A stretch of 64,000 nt of DNA from a virus. This document shows, piece after piece, positions 47,867 through 57,587 of the stretch. The notes under the pieces are model-generated. The model was not told the origin of the DNA. It was given only the letters and a program-made list of their open reading frames with translations, and searched no databases. The stretch covers positions 64,001-128,000 of the IMG/VR virus record IMGVR_UViG_3300027659_000009, one strand, 5' to 3'. Each line of letters starts with the position of its first letter. The first letter of the stretch is position 1. A program made the position numbers and the translations under genes.

Positions 47867-49700
47867 AAAAAGATTTTTAGATAAGGTTGTAGAGTTTCTT
47901 ATTAAGGACACTATTATAGACTATGGGGATAACCATATAGATTTTCCTTTTTTTCCTGAATATGGATTATATATTAATGACGCCAATTTAGATTATTTTT
48001 TCCATATGAGTAGATACACTCAATACTGTAAAGACAACTATGGTTTATCTCATCATGAGTCACTTTATGTTTGGGGTATTTATATTAAAATAATTAAGGA
48101 AAAGATTAAAACCAACGGTGAATCACTCAATGAGTCTGATGATAGAAGAAAAAACTTTTTAGATAAGGTTGTAGATTTTTTAGTTAAGGATACTAAAGTA
48201 GATTATGAGGATAGACAATTATTTTTTCCTTTTACTCAAAAGAGGTCGACTAGACGAAATACTGATAATTCTACACCGTTCCATAAAATTATTTTTGATA
48301 AGGATAGTATTATTCCTTTAGGTGGTTTTATGGAATACATTGAGGAGATGTATGGTATAACTGATATAAAAGATGTTTCATATGTATGGGGGAAATATAA
48401 GGATGTTATGAGATATACCGTATTTGGTAATGATCCTACCAATGAACCCATATATGAATCCATAGAAGGTAAAGAAAGAATATTGTTGGATAGGATTTTG
48501 AAATACCTTATTGATGATACCATTGTGGATCATGATAAGGGTAAGGTAACATTTCCTTTTTTCCTACAAGTACTACCATCTATGCCTAAACATTGTTTTA
48601 ATGTTAATAGTACATCTAGTTTAAGTTTCTCTCAGTATTGTAAATATACATATGGATTAAATGATGATGAGGTGATATACCTATATTCTAAATATAAGAA
48701 ACTGTTTTCTGATAAGGTACATGAAAGAAATAGTATTAATGAATCTGATGATAGGAAACAAAAATATTTAGATAAGATTCTTAAGTGGTTTGTTGATGAT
48801 ACTATAATTAATTATAAAACTGGTATCATATATTATCCATTTTCTTCCATAGGACCAACGGGTAATCGGTTACCTAGTTTCTTTGATAATATAAAAAATA
48901 AACTTTCGATGACTTACCCATCAGATATTCATATATACTGTAGGGATACTTATGGGTTAACCCGTGATGAAACAAAATATATTTGGGATAAGTATAAAAA
49001 AATTATTAGGGATAGATACGATAAAGAATCGATGATGTATCATCGAGGTGAACCCATAAATGAATCTGATGATAAGAAACAAGTTTATTTAGATAAGGTT
49101 GTTGATTGGTTGGTTGGTGATACTATAATTGACTTTGTCTGGGAGGGAGGAACGGTAAGATTTCCTTACCTTCCCGTTAATTTTACATTATCTCAGTTAT
49201 TGAATCACAAGAATACTTTTTTTGGTAAAACCCCTATATATGCATTCACTGAATATTGTGATACCTACGGACTCACAAAAGATGAAATAGATTATGTATG
49301 GAAAATTTATGTAGATATAATTTGGGATAAATATAATAAAGAATCTGAGATAAATGATCTTAAACCCATAAATGAATCTGACGATAAGAAACAGGTTTAT
49401 TTGGACAGGGTTGTTGATTGGTTGTTTAAGGATACCGAAGTTGGTAATAGTTGGTTTAACCCACCTTATTATTATCCTGGTAGTACCGCAGGTAGAACTG
49501 GATTTAGGTCGGTTTATGAACACACATTTGGTTTATTAAAAAATACTTCTTACAGGCCTCCTCATAGTGGGTTGGATACTCAGTTAATTTATTTTAATGA
49601 TTACTGTAAGAATAATTATGGACTTACAGGTGAGGAGACTAAAATTGTTTGGTACGACTATATGAAGAAATTAAAGGAGTCTTACGATTGGGGATTTTAA
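47853..49700 (+). CDS. YC..YGL repeat-domain polyprotein (six copies)
   Basis: Six ~100-aa units LD[KR][VI][VL]..L..DT..FP[FY]..YC..YGL..E..VW..Y joined by LNES/IYES/INES. Confidence 0.9.
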   Translation: MEKNRKRFLDKVVEFLIKDTIIDYGDNHIDFPFFPEYGLYINDANLDYFFHMSRYTQYCKDNYGLSHHESLYVWGIYIKIIKEKIKTNGESLNESDDRRKNFLDKVVDFLVKDTKVDYEDRQLFFPFTQKRSTRRNTDNSTPFHKIIFDKDSIIPLGGFMEYIEEMYGITDIKDVSYVWGKYKDVMRYTVFGNDPTNEPIYESIEGKERILLDRILKYLIDDTIVDHDKGKVTFPFFLQVLPSMPKHCFNVNSTSSLSFSQYCKYTYGLNDDEVIYLYSKYKKLFSDKVHERNSINESDDRKQKYLDKILKWFVDDTIINYKTGIIYYPFSSIGPTGNRLPSFFDNIKNKLSMTYPSDIHIYCRDTYGLTRDETKYIWDKYKKIIRDRYDKESMMYHRGEPINESDDKKQVYLDKVVDWLVGDTIIDFVWEGGTVRFPYLPVNFTLSQLLNHKNTFFGKTPIYAFTEYCDTYGLTKDEIDYVWKIYVDIIWDKYNKESEINDLKPINESDDKKQVYLDRVVDWLFKDTEVGNSWFNPPYYYPGSTAGRTGFRSVYEHTFGLLKNTSYRPPHSGLDTQLIYFNDYCKNNYGLTGEETKIVWYDYMKKLKESYDWGF

Positions 49701-49755
49701 TCGGTTGTACGACCGAACTGTCCCATCACCCCAGCCCCTCTTGATGGGGTTTTTT
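49699..49755 (+). repeat. Hairpin plus terminator element, copy 1
   Basis: Near-identical to 51171-51228. Confidence 0.85.
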
Positions 49756-49790
49756 CATTTTTCGCAATATTTATAAATAAAAATATAATT

Positions 49791-50081
49791 ATGAAAAAAA
49801 TTGTAAGATTAACTGAATCAGATTTACAAAGAATTGTAAAACGTGTGATTAAAGAAAACGAAGTAATGGGTAATTATGACGATTTTAACTATGATATAAA
49901 TCCTTTTGATTGTGGTGATAAGGTTGTATCTGGTACGGTAGACATTGATGGTGATGGGACTATTATGATAAATTATTGTAGTGGTAATGAGGGGGATTTA
50001 GAATACCTTAAAGAAAAAGGGCGTGAATTAGTCAAAAAAATGAGATCTGATTTTAATAAAATCGGAGGAAACCTATACTAA
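49791..50081 (+). CDS. Class A leader protein
   Basis: MKKIVRLTESDLQRIVKRVIKE. Confidence 0.8.
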   Translation: MKKIVRLTESDLQRIVKRVIKENEVMGNYDDFNYDINPFDCGDKVVSGTVDIDGDGTIMINYCSGNEGDLEYLKEKGRELVKKMRSDFNKIGGNLY

Positions 50082-50566
50082 TGAAAATAATTGTAACAGA
50101 AAATCAGGTTAATCGTTTATTCATTAATGAGAATGAGGAATTACTAAATAAGATTCTCGATAAGATTGGTGAATACGGTATGGAGTCGTTGACGGACAAC
50201 GAAAGAAAATTCTTAGACGATATGTCTAAAGATAAGGTTGATCCACATATCGAAAATTTACTCAGTATGGACTCAGGTTATGAGTTTGATGGTGAAGTGG
50301 ATGAAGTACCCGTAAAGTTCACCTATGAGTCCACAGAGGAGTGGGATGACAATCCTAAAGAATATAAACACATAGGTACTTTTAATTTTATGAATGGTGA
50401 TGACGAAATAGATTATTACGTTGAGATATATACTGACGCAGATTATAATTTTATGCATTTCGATATACACGATGGTAATGACTACGTTAATTTAAATGAG
50501 AATCTGGAAGATGAGTTAACACATTTCTTTTTGGATGTGAGTAATAAGTTGGCACAGTCGATGTAA
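50081..50566 (+). CDS. Class A leader plus DUF6576-like motif
   Basis: MKIIVTENQVNRLFINE; LNKILDKIGEYGMESLT.NERKFL. Confidence 0.7.
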   Translation: MKIIVTENQVNRLFINENEELLNKILDKIGEYGMESLTDNERKFLDDMSKDKVDPHIENLLSMDSGYEFDGEVDEVPVKFTYESTEEWDDNPKEYKHIGTFNFMNGDDEIDYYVEIYTDADYNFMHFDIHDGNDYVNLNENLEDELTHFFLDVSNKLAQSM

Positions 50567-50572
50567 TTCTAT

Positions 50573-51172
50573 ATGGACGAAGGTAGATATATCTTATTAA
50601 ATAAAATCGTTAATCGTTTGGTTATGGATAGTACCGTTACATATGATAAATATGAAGGGGACAATGTGGTAATTACACCTTTTCGTGTTATGGTTGGTTA
50701 TCTCACAAAAAGTTGGTTTGGTAATAATGCGGTAGGTAGTAGGATGCCATCTTTTAAATCTTATATAGAATATACCTATGGTATAAAAGATACCGAAGAA
50801 ATTAATTTTATATACAGTTCTTATGAAAGTATAATCTCAGATAAATTATATGGTGATACGATAAATGAGAATATCTATCACGATATGTTTGGTGAGAAGG
50901 TTTCTAACTATATGGATAAGGTTCTTAAGTATTTGGTGGACGATACCATTGTTAAGGAAATGTCGGATGGTGAGGTTATGTTAATGGTACCATTTACAGA
51001 TTCATCGTTTAGTAGAATTCGACATTTTAATGTAGGATTTTTTATTGACTATTGTATGAACAATTATGGTTTAACTCGTAAGGAATCTGAATACTTATGG
51101 GGAGATTATCTGAATGAGATGAATGGTATTCTTAGATCCGAATATGGTGTCAGTAATCCTGAGTATAGATAA
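50573..51172 (+). CDS. YC..YGL repeat-domain polyprotein (two copies)
   Basis: YIEYTYGI and YCMNNYGL; INE linker. Confidence 0.8.
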   Translation: MDEGRYILLNKIVNRLVMDSTVTYDKYEGDNVVITPFRVMVGYLTKSWFGNNAVGSRMPSFKSYIEYTYGIKDTEEINFIYSSYESIISDKLYGDTINENIYHDMFGEKVSNYMDKVLKYLVDDTIVKEMSDGEVMLMVPFTDSSFSRIRHFNVGFFIDYCMNNYGLTRKESEYLWGDYLNEMNGILRSEYGVSNPEYR

Positions 51173-51228
51173 TCTGTTGTACGACCGAACTGTTCCATCA
51201 CCCCAACCCCTCTTGATGGGGTATTTTT
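51171..51228 (+). repeat. Hairpin plus terminator element, copy 2
   Basis: Near-identical to 49699-49755. Confidence 0.85.
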
Positions 51229-51261
51229 GTTAAATCTATTATATTTATATAAAAACTAAAA

Positions 51262-51891
51262 ATGGGAAAAAATGATAAAAATTTTAATGAGACTATTGAA
51301 AGGATGAAATCTCTTTTTACGGAAGAGAGGATGTTTGGTAATTTAGTTGTGGAAGAAAAATCTTCTGAGGAAGATAAGGGTGAAGATGAGGGTAGTGAAG
51401 AGTCTACATCCACAAAACCTGAATGTTGTACAAGTTGTAACTGTTGGGAAGATTGTGGTGGATCATCACATTTCAACGGAACCAACGGTAGACCTAAAAT
51501 TGTTGTATCTAAGAGTAAAACTTATTTTTCGATATCATACGATGGTCCAAAATCAGGTTACTTAATTAAACACGCTAAATGTGGTTCTGGTGATTCTTTA
51601 CATCAGTTATGTAATGTTTTAACATATGAGATAAACAAATACCTTAAAGGTAAAAAATTAAAACCAAATATTAAAGATATTGAGTTTGAAAGGGAGGGTG
51701 GTGAGTTTACCATTGGAGTTCCTTTAACATCTTCTGAAAAAAGTTATAAGTTGGAAAGAAGAGGGGGAATGGGTCATGATCCTGGACCATCAACAGTTAA
51801 GGGAGTCTATGGTGATAGAAGTGGTTTTGAGGGACCAGTAAAACATTCTTCTGGTGGTATCACAGAATACTTTGTAACATTTTACGAATAA
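51262..51891 (+). CDS. Class B leader protein with Cys cluster
   Basis: NFNETIERMKSLFTEE; CCTSCNCWEDC. Confidence 0.75.
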   Translation: MGKNDKNFNETIERMKSLFTEERMFGNLVVEEKSSEEDKGEDEGSEESTSTKPECCTSCNCWEDCGGSSHFNGTNGRPKIVVSKSKTYFSISYDGPKSGYLIKHAKCGSGDSLHQLCNVLTYEINKYLKGKKLKPNIKDIEFEREGGEFTIGVPLTSSEKSYKLERRGGMGHDPGPSTVKGVYGDRSGFEGPVKHSSGGITEYFVTFYE

Positions 51892-51918
51892 AATTAAAAA
51901 AATTAATAAAAAAACACA

Positions 51919-52254
51919 ATGGATAAATTGACAAATAAAGACATTAAAAGGATTGTTGAAAACTTAATGAAGGAAGGTATGGATAATGATGAGTCTGCCC
52001 ACCTATATAGAAGAATACAAAGAAATGGGGAAGAGATAGACTCAATTATAACGAAGTTTAGAGGTGCAAAAAATGAGTTAGACGATAAAATTAAAACACA
52101 TATTAGAAGAGATACTGGTGGCACTATTTTTGATCCAAATCAAAGAACACCGAATGATGTTTTAGATAGTGTCGCAAATTTAAATAGAGTTTTAAATAAT
52201 TTAGAAACTTTATTAAACGATTACAAAAATATAATAAGAAAATCAATCTACTAG
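51919..52254 (+). CDS. Class A-like leader plus coiled-coil protein
   Basis: MDKLTNKDIKRIVENLMKE. Confidence 0.7.
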   Translation: MDKLTNKDIKRIVENLMKEGMDNDESAHLYRRIQRNGEEIDSIITKFRGAKNELDDKIKTHIRRDTGGTIFDPNQRTPNDVLDSVANLNRVLNNLETLLNDYKNIIRKSIY

Positions 52255-52257
52255 AAA

Positions 52258-52803
52258 ATGAAAAAAAGAATTAACGAAAAAAATGAATTAATGAAAAAAA
52301 GATCTCTCATTGTTGAGGGTGAAAGAGAGGATTTTAAAATCCCTAAATTTTATTTAACAGAAGAAGAAGAAGAATGGAAAAAAGATGTTAACATAGGTAT
52401 AATTAAATTACTTACAAAATATAGGGCTGGGTTAGAAGGTATAATACAACAACTTAGTAGTAATTTAGAAAATGTAGAAGAGTTCTGTAAAAATCCTAAG
52501 GTGGCTGGTGAAGAAGCGTCTAAAAAAATTAAAGATTTTTTAGAAAGATTGGCTGCAGATTCGAAATCTACACCTGCCGCAGTATTAGAAGACTTATATG
52601 GAAAATTTGATGGAGGTTTAGGTAAGGCAATTATTAATATTGCATCACCTATAGTAAAAAAAATGGATGGTGCGGAAGTTTCTAAAGAAATTATTGACTC
52701 TATTGAAGAATTAATGAGGGGTGAATATGGTCAAGGTAAAATAAACTCATTGCTATCAGAAATATTTCAAAAATTAGGGGTAGAGGTTGTCCCAATATGT
52801 TAA
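52258..52803 (+). CDS. Helical hypothetical protein with INE/LTE sites
   Basis: MKKRINE..LIVE..LTEE. Confidence 0.65.
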   Translation: MKKRINEKNELMKKRSLIVEGEREDFKIPKFYLTEEEEEWKKDVNIGIIKLLTKYRAGLEGIIQQLSSNLENVEEFCKNPKVAGEEASKKIKDFLERLAADSKSTPAAVLEDLYGKFDGGLGKAIINIASPIVKKMDGAEVSKEIIDSIEELMRGEYGQGKINSLLSEIFQKLGVEVVPIC

Positions 52804-52815
52804 TAATTTTGATAG

Positions 52816-53502
52816 GTGGACAAATCATTAATTGATAGAATATCTAAGGTAATAAAAAAACCGTATGTCTCTGATTTATTGAGTTTGGCGGTGCCTCAGG
52901 AATATTGGGACACAATATTTAAAAAAATATATGGTGATGTTACTACTACAGAAATTGAGACTGACTACGCAGATGGGGTAGTTAAACCAGATGAATACTA
53001 TTTCTTTACAATTAGAAAAATTTTCCCTAATGTCGGAAGTGTAATGTTATATTATGAAGCATGGGATGGAGACTGGGTTGAGATGATACTTGATGACAGG
53101 GGATATAAAATAGGGTACGAAGACGCAAATGGTTTTGTAGATACAACAGAAAAAACGGATATAACTGAAAGTAGTGATAAAAAAATAGATGTATATTTAG
53201 ATAAGGTTGTAGATTTCTTATTGAAAGACACTGAGTTTCGTTTAGAAATGAGAACATTCGGATTTACACCACATAGAGAAATTAACGTTTTCATTGAATT
53301 TCCACAAACGAATGGTTTGGAAGGTAAGTATGAAAAATATGAGGTCGAAAGTTGGGATTCTGCCGAAGTTAGGGAACACGAGTTTAAATACTTTTACGAT
53401 ACTTACGGTTTAGATTGGGATGAAGCCCAAATTGTGTTTAAAAACTATATATTGAAATTAAGGGATGTTATTTTAGATGAAATGAAATTAGCGTATGGGT
53501 AA
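52816..53502 (+). CDS. PPY module plus YGL module joined by ITES
   Basis: IKKPYVSDLLSL; ITESSDKK..YLDKVVDFLLKDT..DTYGL. Confidence 0.8.
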   Translation: MDKSLIDRISKVIKKPYVSDLLSLAVPQEYWDTIFKKIYGDVTTTEIETDYADGVVKPDEYYFFTIRKIFPNVGSVMLYYEAWDGDWVEMILDDRGYKIGYEDANGFVDTTEKTDITESSDKKIDVYLDKVVDFLLKDTEFRLEMRTFGFTPHREINVFIEFPQTNGLEGKYEKYEVESWDSAEVREHEFKYFYDTYGLDWDEAQIVFKNYILKLRDVILDEMKLAYG

Positions 53503-53550
53503 AAATAAAAAAATAAAACTTTTTAAAGAAAGAATATATTTATATATAAA

Positions 53551-53590
53551 ATAATAAAATAATAAAATAATAAAATAATAAAATAATAAA
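53551..53590 (+). repeat. 8-bp tandem repeat (ATAATAAA)x5 in a 5' UTR
   Basis: Lies between TATTTAT (53537) and the ATG at 53602. Confidence 0.85.
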
Positions 53591-53601
53591 ATAAAAAAAA
53601 A

Positions 53602-54189
53602 ATGAAAAAAATAATTAGACTAAATGAATCAGATTTACGAAGAATTGTAAATAGAGTAGTTAGAGAAACTACCAATACTAAGAGAGGACGTAGATTATAT
53701 GAAGGATTAGAGGGAGATGAGACTCTGACTCTTCACTATATTACTATCAATGAGGGGATGAGAGGTAAATGGGAAGTATCTGATAATACTTTATATGTAA
53801 CTTTTGATGAAGCCGAAAGAAGTATTGATTCTATGGGTAACCCTGCCTCAAGTATAACAAACAATAACTATGGTAATACTGATATGATGTGGGAAGTCCT
53901 GTGTTCATCAGAAGATGTCAAAAGAACAAGATCGTGGGCGGACGATATTGAGGAATTATATCCAAATGGAAGGGGAGTGGATGAGTCTAGACGTATTAGA
54001 AATAAACGTAGACTATATGAAACATTAGATCAGGAACGATATTCGTTGGGGGATGTTAGAGAAATATTTAATGGTTCGAAAGGTAATTATGAAGTTAAAC
54101 ACAATAGTTTATTACTTACTGAGAATAGTAATCGTAATAATGTGATACAGGTTTTTTGTGATGAAGTTGACCCTGGAAGTTATCGGTAA
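53602..54189 (+). CDS. Class A leader plus two related modules
   Basis: MKKIIRLNESDLRRIVNRVVRE; RRLYE occurs twice, each followed by a G.[KR]G.[WY]EV..N.L module. Confidence 0.8.
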   Translation: MKKIIRLNESDLRRIVNRVVRETTNTKRGRRLYEGLEGDETLTLHYITINEGMRGKWEVSDNTLYVTFDEAERSIDSMGNPASSITNNNYGNTDMMWEVLCSSEDVKRTRSWADDIEELYPNGRGVDESRRIRNKRRLYETLDQERYSLGDVREIFNGSKGNYEVKHNSLLLTENSNRNNVIQVFCDEVDPGSYR

Positions 54190-54242
54190 TGATTAATTTC
54201 TTCTAACATTACAAATTAATGTAAAAAAATAATAAAATTAAG

Positions 54243-54629
54243 ATGAAAAAGATTATAAAATTAACAGAATCAGATTTACAAAGAATTGTAAATAGAGTAA
54301 TTAGAGAAAGTATGATAAGTGAATTGGGTGGTATGGATGACGGACACCCGTTTTCTGGTAATTTGAACTTTAATGATTTATCATCTGATGACAGAAAAAA
54401 AGTTAATAAATATTACCGATTTGATGATGAGGAAGTAGATGATTCTTTTTCTGAATTAGATAATGATGAAGATGAAAATGAAGATGAGGGATTCCCTGAA
54501 TGGGAAAAATTAAAAAAGTATATGGATGATCGAGATAAAAAACAAATTGATGATCGAAATGAAAAAATGGACAATTTGATGCGTCAAATAAAAAAAGATA
54601 ATAGTGAACGTCCATTTAATAGAGATTAA
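54243..54629 (+). CDS. Class A leader protein, acidic
   Basis: MKKIIKLTESDLQRIVNRVIRE. Confidence 0.8.
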   Translation: MKKIIKLTESDLQRIVNRVIRESMISELGGMDDGHPFSGNLNFNDLSSDDRKKVNKYYRFDDEEVDDSFSELDNDEDENEDEGFPEWEKLKKYMDDRDKKQIDDRNEKMDNLMRQIKKDNSERPFNRD

Positions 54630-54633
54630 TAGT

Positions 54634-54897
54634 ATGAAAAATTTAATCAGAAGAATATTAAAAGAAGAAGTCGAAGAGACATCTGGGGAAAAACACCCTA
54701 ACGCAAAAGAAATAAAAAAAGGGAATTTAACTGGTTGTTATACAGTTAATTCTGGTGATCAGGCATTGGCGATTGCAAAGGCATTTGGTATTACTTTGGA
54801 TGATATTAAATCTCTTAATGGGTTAAGAAACGCCAACTCAATACAACCAGAACAAAAGTTGAGGGTTAAAAATAGAGTAAAATTTGATGGTTGTTAA
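54634..54897 (+). CDS. Class C leader plus LysM domain
   Basis: MKNLIRRILKEE; YTVNSGD..IAKAFGIT...LN.L...I.P.Q.L.V. Confidence 0.85.
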   Translation: MKNLIRRILKEEVEETSGEKHPNAKEIKKGNLTGCYTVNSGDQALAIAKAFGITLDDIKSLNGLRNANSIQPEQKLRVKNRVKFDGC

Positions 54898-54917
54898 AAA
54901 AAATTTAAGATAAACGG

Positions 54918-54983
54918 ATTAGGACCGTTGTTGTCTACGGACAATTTTAAACCCACTAGGTTCGCTGCCATAGTGGGTTTTTT
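54918..54983 (+). terminator. Double-hairpin / terminator element
   Basis: CCGT..ACGG hairpin, then AAACCCACTA..TAGTGGGTTT plus T run. Confidence 0.6.
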
Positions 54984-55264
54984 TATCTTAGACGAATTCC
55001 CCTAACATCTTCAACCCGTATGTTTTTTAAATTTAAAGAACCGTAACTGTTGTTTTTAAATACCCCTTGATTGAATAGGTTTAACATAACATAGTAGAGG
55101 TATTCTGGTAGAAGTACATCAGTATCAGTCACCTTAATACCAATATGTTCTGAACTATAATCTTTCACAGGATAACCTACAGTATCTTCACTACCCTTTC
55201 TAACTAACCAAAAATCCGCCTCAGGAAAATTAGTTTTAATCTCACACAAATCACTTAATTTCAT
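54983..55264 (-). CDS. Conserved phage protein, weakly like a type I RM S-subunit fragment
   Basis: MKLSDLCEIK, ADFWL.RKG, LLPEYLYY, I...DV..I. Confidence 0.55.
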   Translation of the reverse strand: MKLSDLCEIKTNFPEADFWLVRKGSEDTVGYPVKDYSSEHIGIKVTDTDVLLPEYLYYVMLNLFNQGVFKNNSYGSLNLKNIRVEDVRGIRLR

Positions 55265-55265
55265 A

Positions 55266-55421
55266 TTACCCAATTTTAATCCATTTATTATTAACAAAAT
55301 CTTCTCTAAAGGTTACAGTTTGTAACCATTTCCAACCACCACTAATTTTAGTAGGGATTAGTAAAAATTTAGTAACCATTCTGTCGGTACCATTAAGATT
55401 TCTTAGAACAATTGTTTTCAT
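55266..55421 (-). CDS. 51-aa protein MKTIVLRNLNGTDRMVTKFLLIP..WKWLQ (not in ORF track)
   Basis: Translated by hand; minus-strand TTTG-N20-TATATTTG at 55438-55469. Confidence 0.65.
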   Translation of the reverse strand: MKTIVLRNLNGTDRMVTKFLLIPTKISGGWKWLQTVTFREDFVNNKWIKIG

Positions 55422-55498
55422 ATCTCTTTGTTTTATACAAATATATAAATATTATTTAGAATACACAAATTTTATAAAAAAAATAATATTTATAATAT

Positions 55499-55795
55499 AT
55501 GAAAAACTTAATTAAGAGGATTTTAAAAGAGGAATACAATAAAAAGGAACATGACATTTGTAACATGATGACTGTCGACACTTATGAGGAGGGTATAAAA
55601 CTTTTAGAAAAATACTTAGGTACTATAAAAGAAAATCCTGTTGATTGGGGTAAAATAAAACAACCTTTAAAAATGTGGAAAGAGTCGATTATTGAGATTC
55701 GAAAGGAGATTGATAGGGACGGTATGTCTGGAGACTCTGAGGTTGACGAATCTGATACGTGGTGGGCAACTATACAAGGTTCTTTTTGTAAATAA
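55499..55795 (+). CDS. Class C leader protein
   Basis: MKNLIKRILKEE. Confidence 0.75.
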   Translation: MKNLIKRILKEEYNKKEHDICNMMTVDTYEEGIKLLEKYLGTIKENPVDWGKIKQPLKMWKESIIEIRKEIDRDGMSGDSEVDESDTWWATIQGSFCK

Positions 55796-55803
55796 TAAAA
55801 AAA

Positions 55804-56217
55804 ATGATTAATATCTCTAATCGTAATACGGTGTTATCTCACTATAATAATTCGTTAACGATTATTGATATTAACACCGATGAGGTTATGGCGTTTGTAG
55901 AATTGATTGAGGGTGAAGATTCGTTTTTTTTAAATATGATTACCACAGAAGAGGGTTACGATACGTCAATATTAGAGGCAGTACTAATGTTCACACACCC
56001 AAAAGGGGTTATAGTTAGTAGTGAAGGTGATTTAGGTATATGGGAAAAAATTAACCATAAAGATGGTATTATAAAAGAAAAATTAGGTTACGAAACCAAA
56101 GTAATGATGGTACCTACGGATCAATACGAAAAATTAATTAATCTTACACTTTTGTTAAATCATGAAGAAATATATAAACAGGGTAAAGATTATTTTAATT
56201 TAAAAAATAATAATTGA
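55804..56217 (+). CDS. Hypothetical protein (possible degenerate GNAT fold)
   Basis: Beta-rich start, EEGY, IWEK; weak. Confidence 0.5.
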   Translation: MINISNRNTVLSHYNNSLTIIDINTDEVMAFVELIEGEDSFFLNMITTEEGYDTSILEAVLMFTHPKGVIVSSEGDLGIWEKINHKDGIIKEKLGYETKVMMVPTDQYEKLINLTLLLNHEEIYKQGKDYFNLKNNN

Positions 56218-56272
56218 ACTTATATACTACTTTTTTAAGAATAAACACATATTTATATAACATAAAAATACT

Positions 56273-56662
56273 ATGAGAAGAATCACAAGATTAAATGAAA
56301 ACGATTTGAATCGTATCGTTAGAAGAGTTATTAGGGAAGAAGAAGATAGGTCTATGACAACACAAATGTTTAACACTGCGAAACAAAAGTATGACAACGG
56401 ACAAAGAAACCCTAGTCTAGAGAAAAAAATTAAAAACTGTATTACCAAAAACAGGTTGAAAAGTTTGTTCTGGTTAACAACCGCTCGAGGGGCTTATATA
56501 TTAGGACTTATCGCAGTGGGTTTTTTAATTCCAGGCCTGGATGGGGTAGAAGTAGCGGCGCTTGCAGCAATATATATAATCTATGTAATTGCCTCAGAAA
56601 GAAACATAATAGAAAACAATATTTCCAACGATGTTAAAAAATTATGTGATTGTCTTTTTTAA
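56273..56662 (+). CDS. Class A leader plus hydrophobic hairpin
   Basis: MRRITRLNENDLNRIVRRVIRE; two TM-like segments around IPGLD. Confidence 0.75.
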   Translation: MRRITRLNENDLNRIVRRVIREEEDRSMTTQMFNTAKQKYDNGQRNPSLEKKIKNCITKNRLKSLFWLTTARGAYILGLIAVGFLIPGLDGVEVAALAAIYIIYVIASERNIIENNISNDVKKLCDCLF

Positions 56663-56703
56663 TGGTATTTATAACTAAATAAAATATCTAAATAAAAAAA
56701 ATT

Positions 56704-56925
56704 ATGAGAAGAATAGAAAGATTAAGAGAAAACGATTTGGATCGTATCGTTAGAAGAGTTATTAGAGAAGATAATAAACAAACCCCAAAGGTTGGTGATA
56801 CTGATACTTTAAAAAAACTACAAACCTATTTAAAGGAACTTGTTGATGAAAGCGTTATAGACAATGATGTAAAGTCCCATATAATGTTTTTAGTAAAAAA
56901 GTTAGTTAAGGAAATAAACAAATAA
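56704..56925 (+). CDS. Class A leader protein
   Basis: MRRIERLRENDLDRIVRRVIRE. Confidence 0.75.
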   Translation: MRRIERLRENDLDRIVRRVIREDNKQTPKVGDTDTLKKLQTYLKELVDESVIDNDVKSHIMFLVKKLVKEINK

Positions 56926-56929
56926 AATT

Positions 56930-57229
56930 ATGAGAAAAGTTATAAGATTAACAGAATCAGATTTAACTCGTATTGTTAAACAATTGTTAAATGAACAAAA
57001 TATTAAGGATATTCGTAAGGGTAAAGGAACCGATATTGCAGGTGGAGATAATAATGAGTATGGTGCCGAGTATGGTAAATGTACAAAATTTTATTCAAGA
57101 AAAAAAGGAACTACAAAATGGGTTTTAGGTGATTATTATAATCAATACGCGATATGGAAATATTACTTCAGTGATAAAGTCAGTGATAAAGGATGGTCAA
57201 AAAGTTGTGCCGATCAAGGTATAAAGTAA
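56930..57229 (+). CDS. Class A leader protein
   Basis: MRKVIRLTESDLTRIVKQLLNE. Confidence 0.75.
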   Translation: MRKVIRLTESDLTRIVKQLLNEQNIKDIRKGKGTDIAGGDNNEYGAEYGKCTKFYSRKKGTTKWVLGDYYNQYAIWKYYFSDKVSDKGWSKSCADQGIK

Positions 57230-57313
57230 ACTTGACGTATTAATTAATCCTCCCATTCCAAAAGAGTGGGATTTTTTTGTTTTATCTGATATTTATTAAT
57301 AAATTAAAATATT

Positions 57314-57586
57314 ATGGGAAGACTATCAATACAAAAAAGATTATCCATTGAAGGGGCAAATAAAAAGTTATTGGGTGAATCAATAATTGATATTGACAAT
57401 GTACTCCATATAATGAATTTTAAATTCGGATGGGGTGATTTAACTACCGATAGAGTGGAGGAATTTGAGAATTGGATTGGTGAAATAAAAGATAGTATGT
57501 CCGATGAGGAATATTCGACTTTATTAAACGATTGGTTGCGTAGTGACGATATGGGTGAAAATTATGAAGAATACAAACAAAATTAA
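57314..57586 (+). CDS. Leader-like protein
   Basis: K..SIE.ANK.LLGE; about 30 bp of promoter/UTR identical to that of 41022. Confidence 0.7.
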   Translation: MGRLSIQKRLSIEGANKKLLGESIIDIDNVLHIMNFKFGWGDLTTDRVEEFENWIGEIKDSMSDEEYSTLLNDWLRSDDMGENYEEYKQN

Positions 57587-57587
57587 T

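Noticed and set aside
47853-49700. Diversity-generating retroelement acting on the repeat domains
   Set aside because: No reverse transcriptase in the window, and copies differ at all base types rather than only at adenines.
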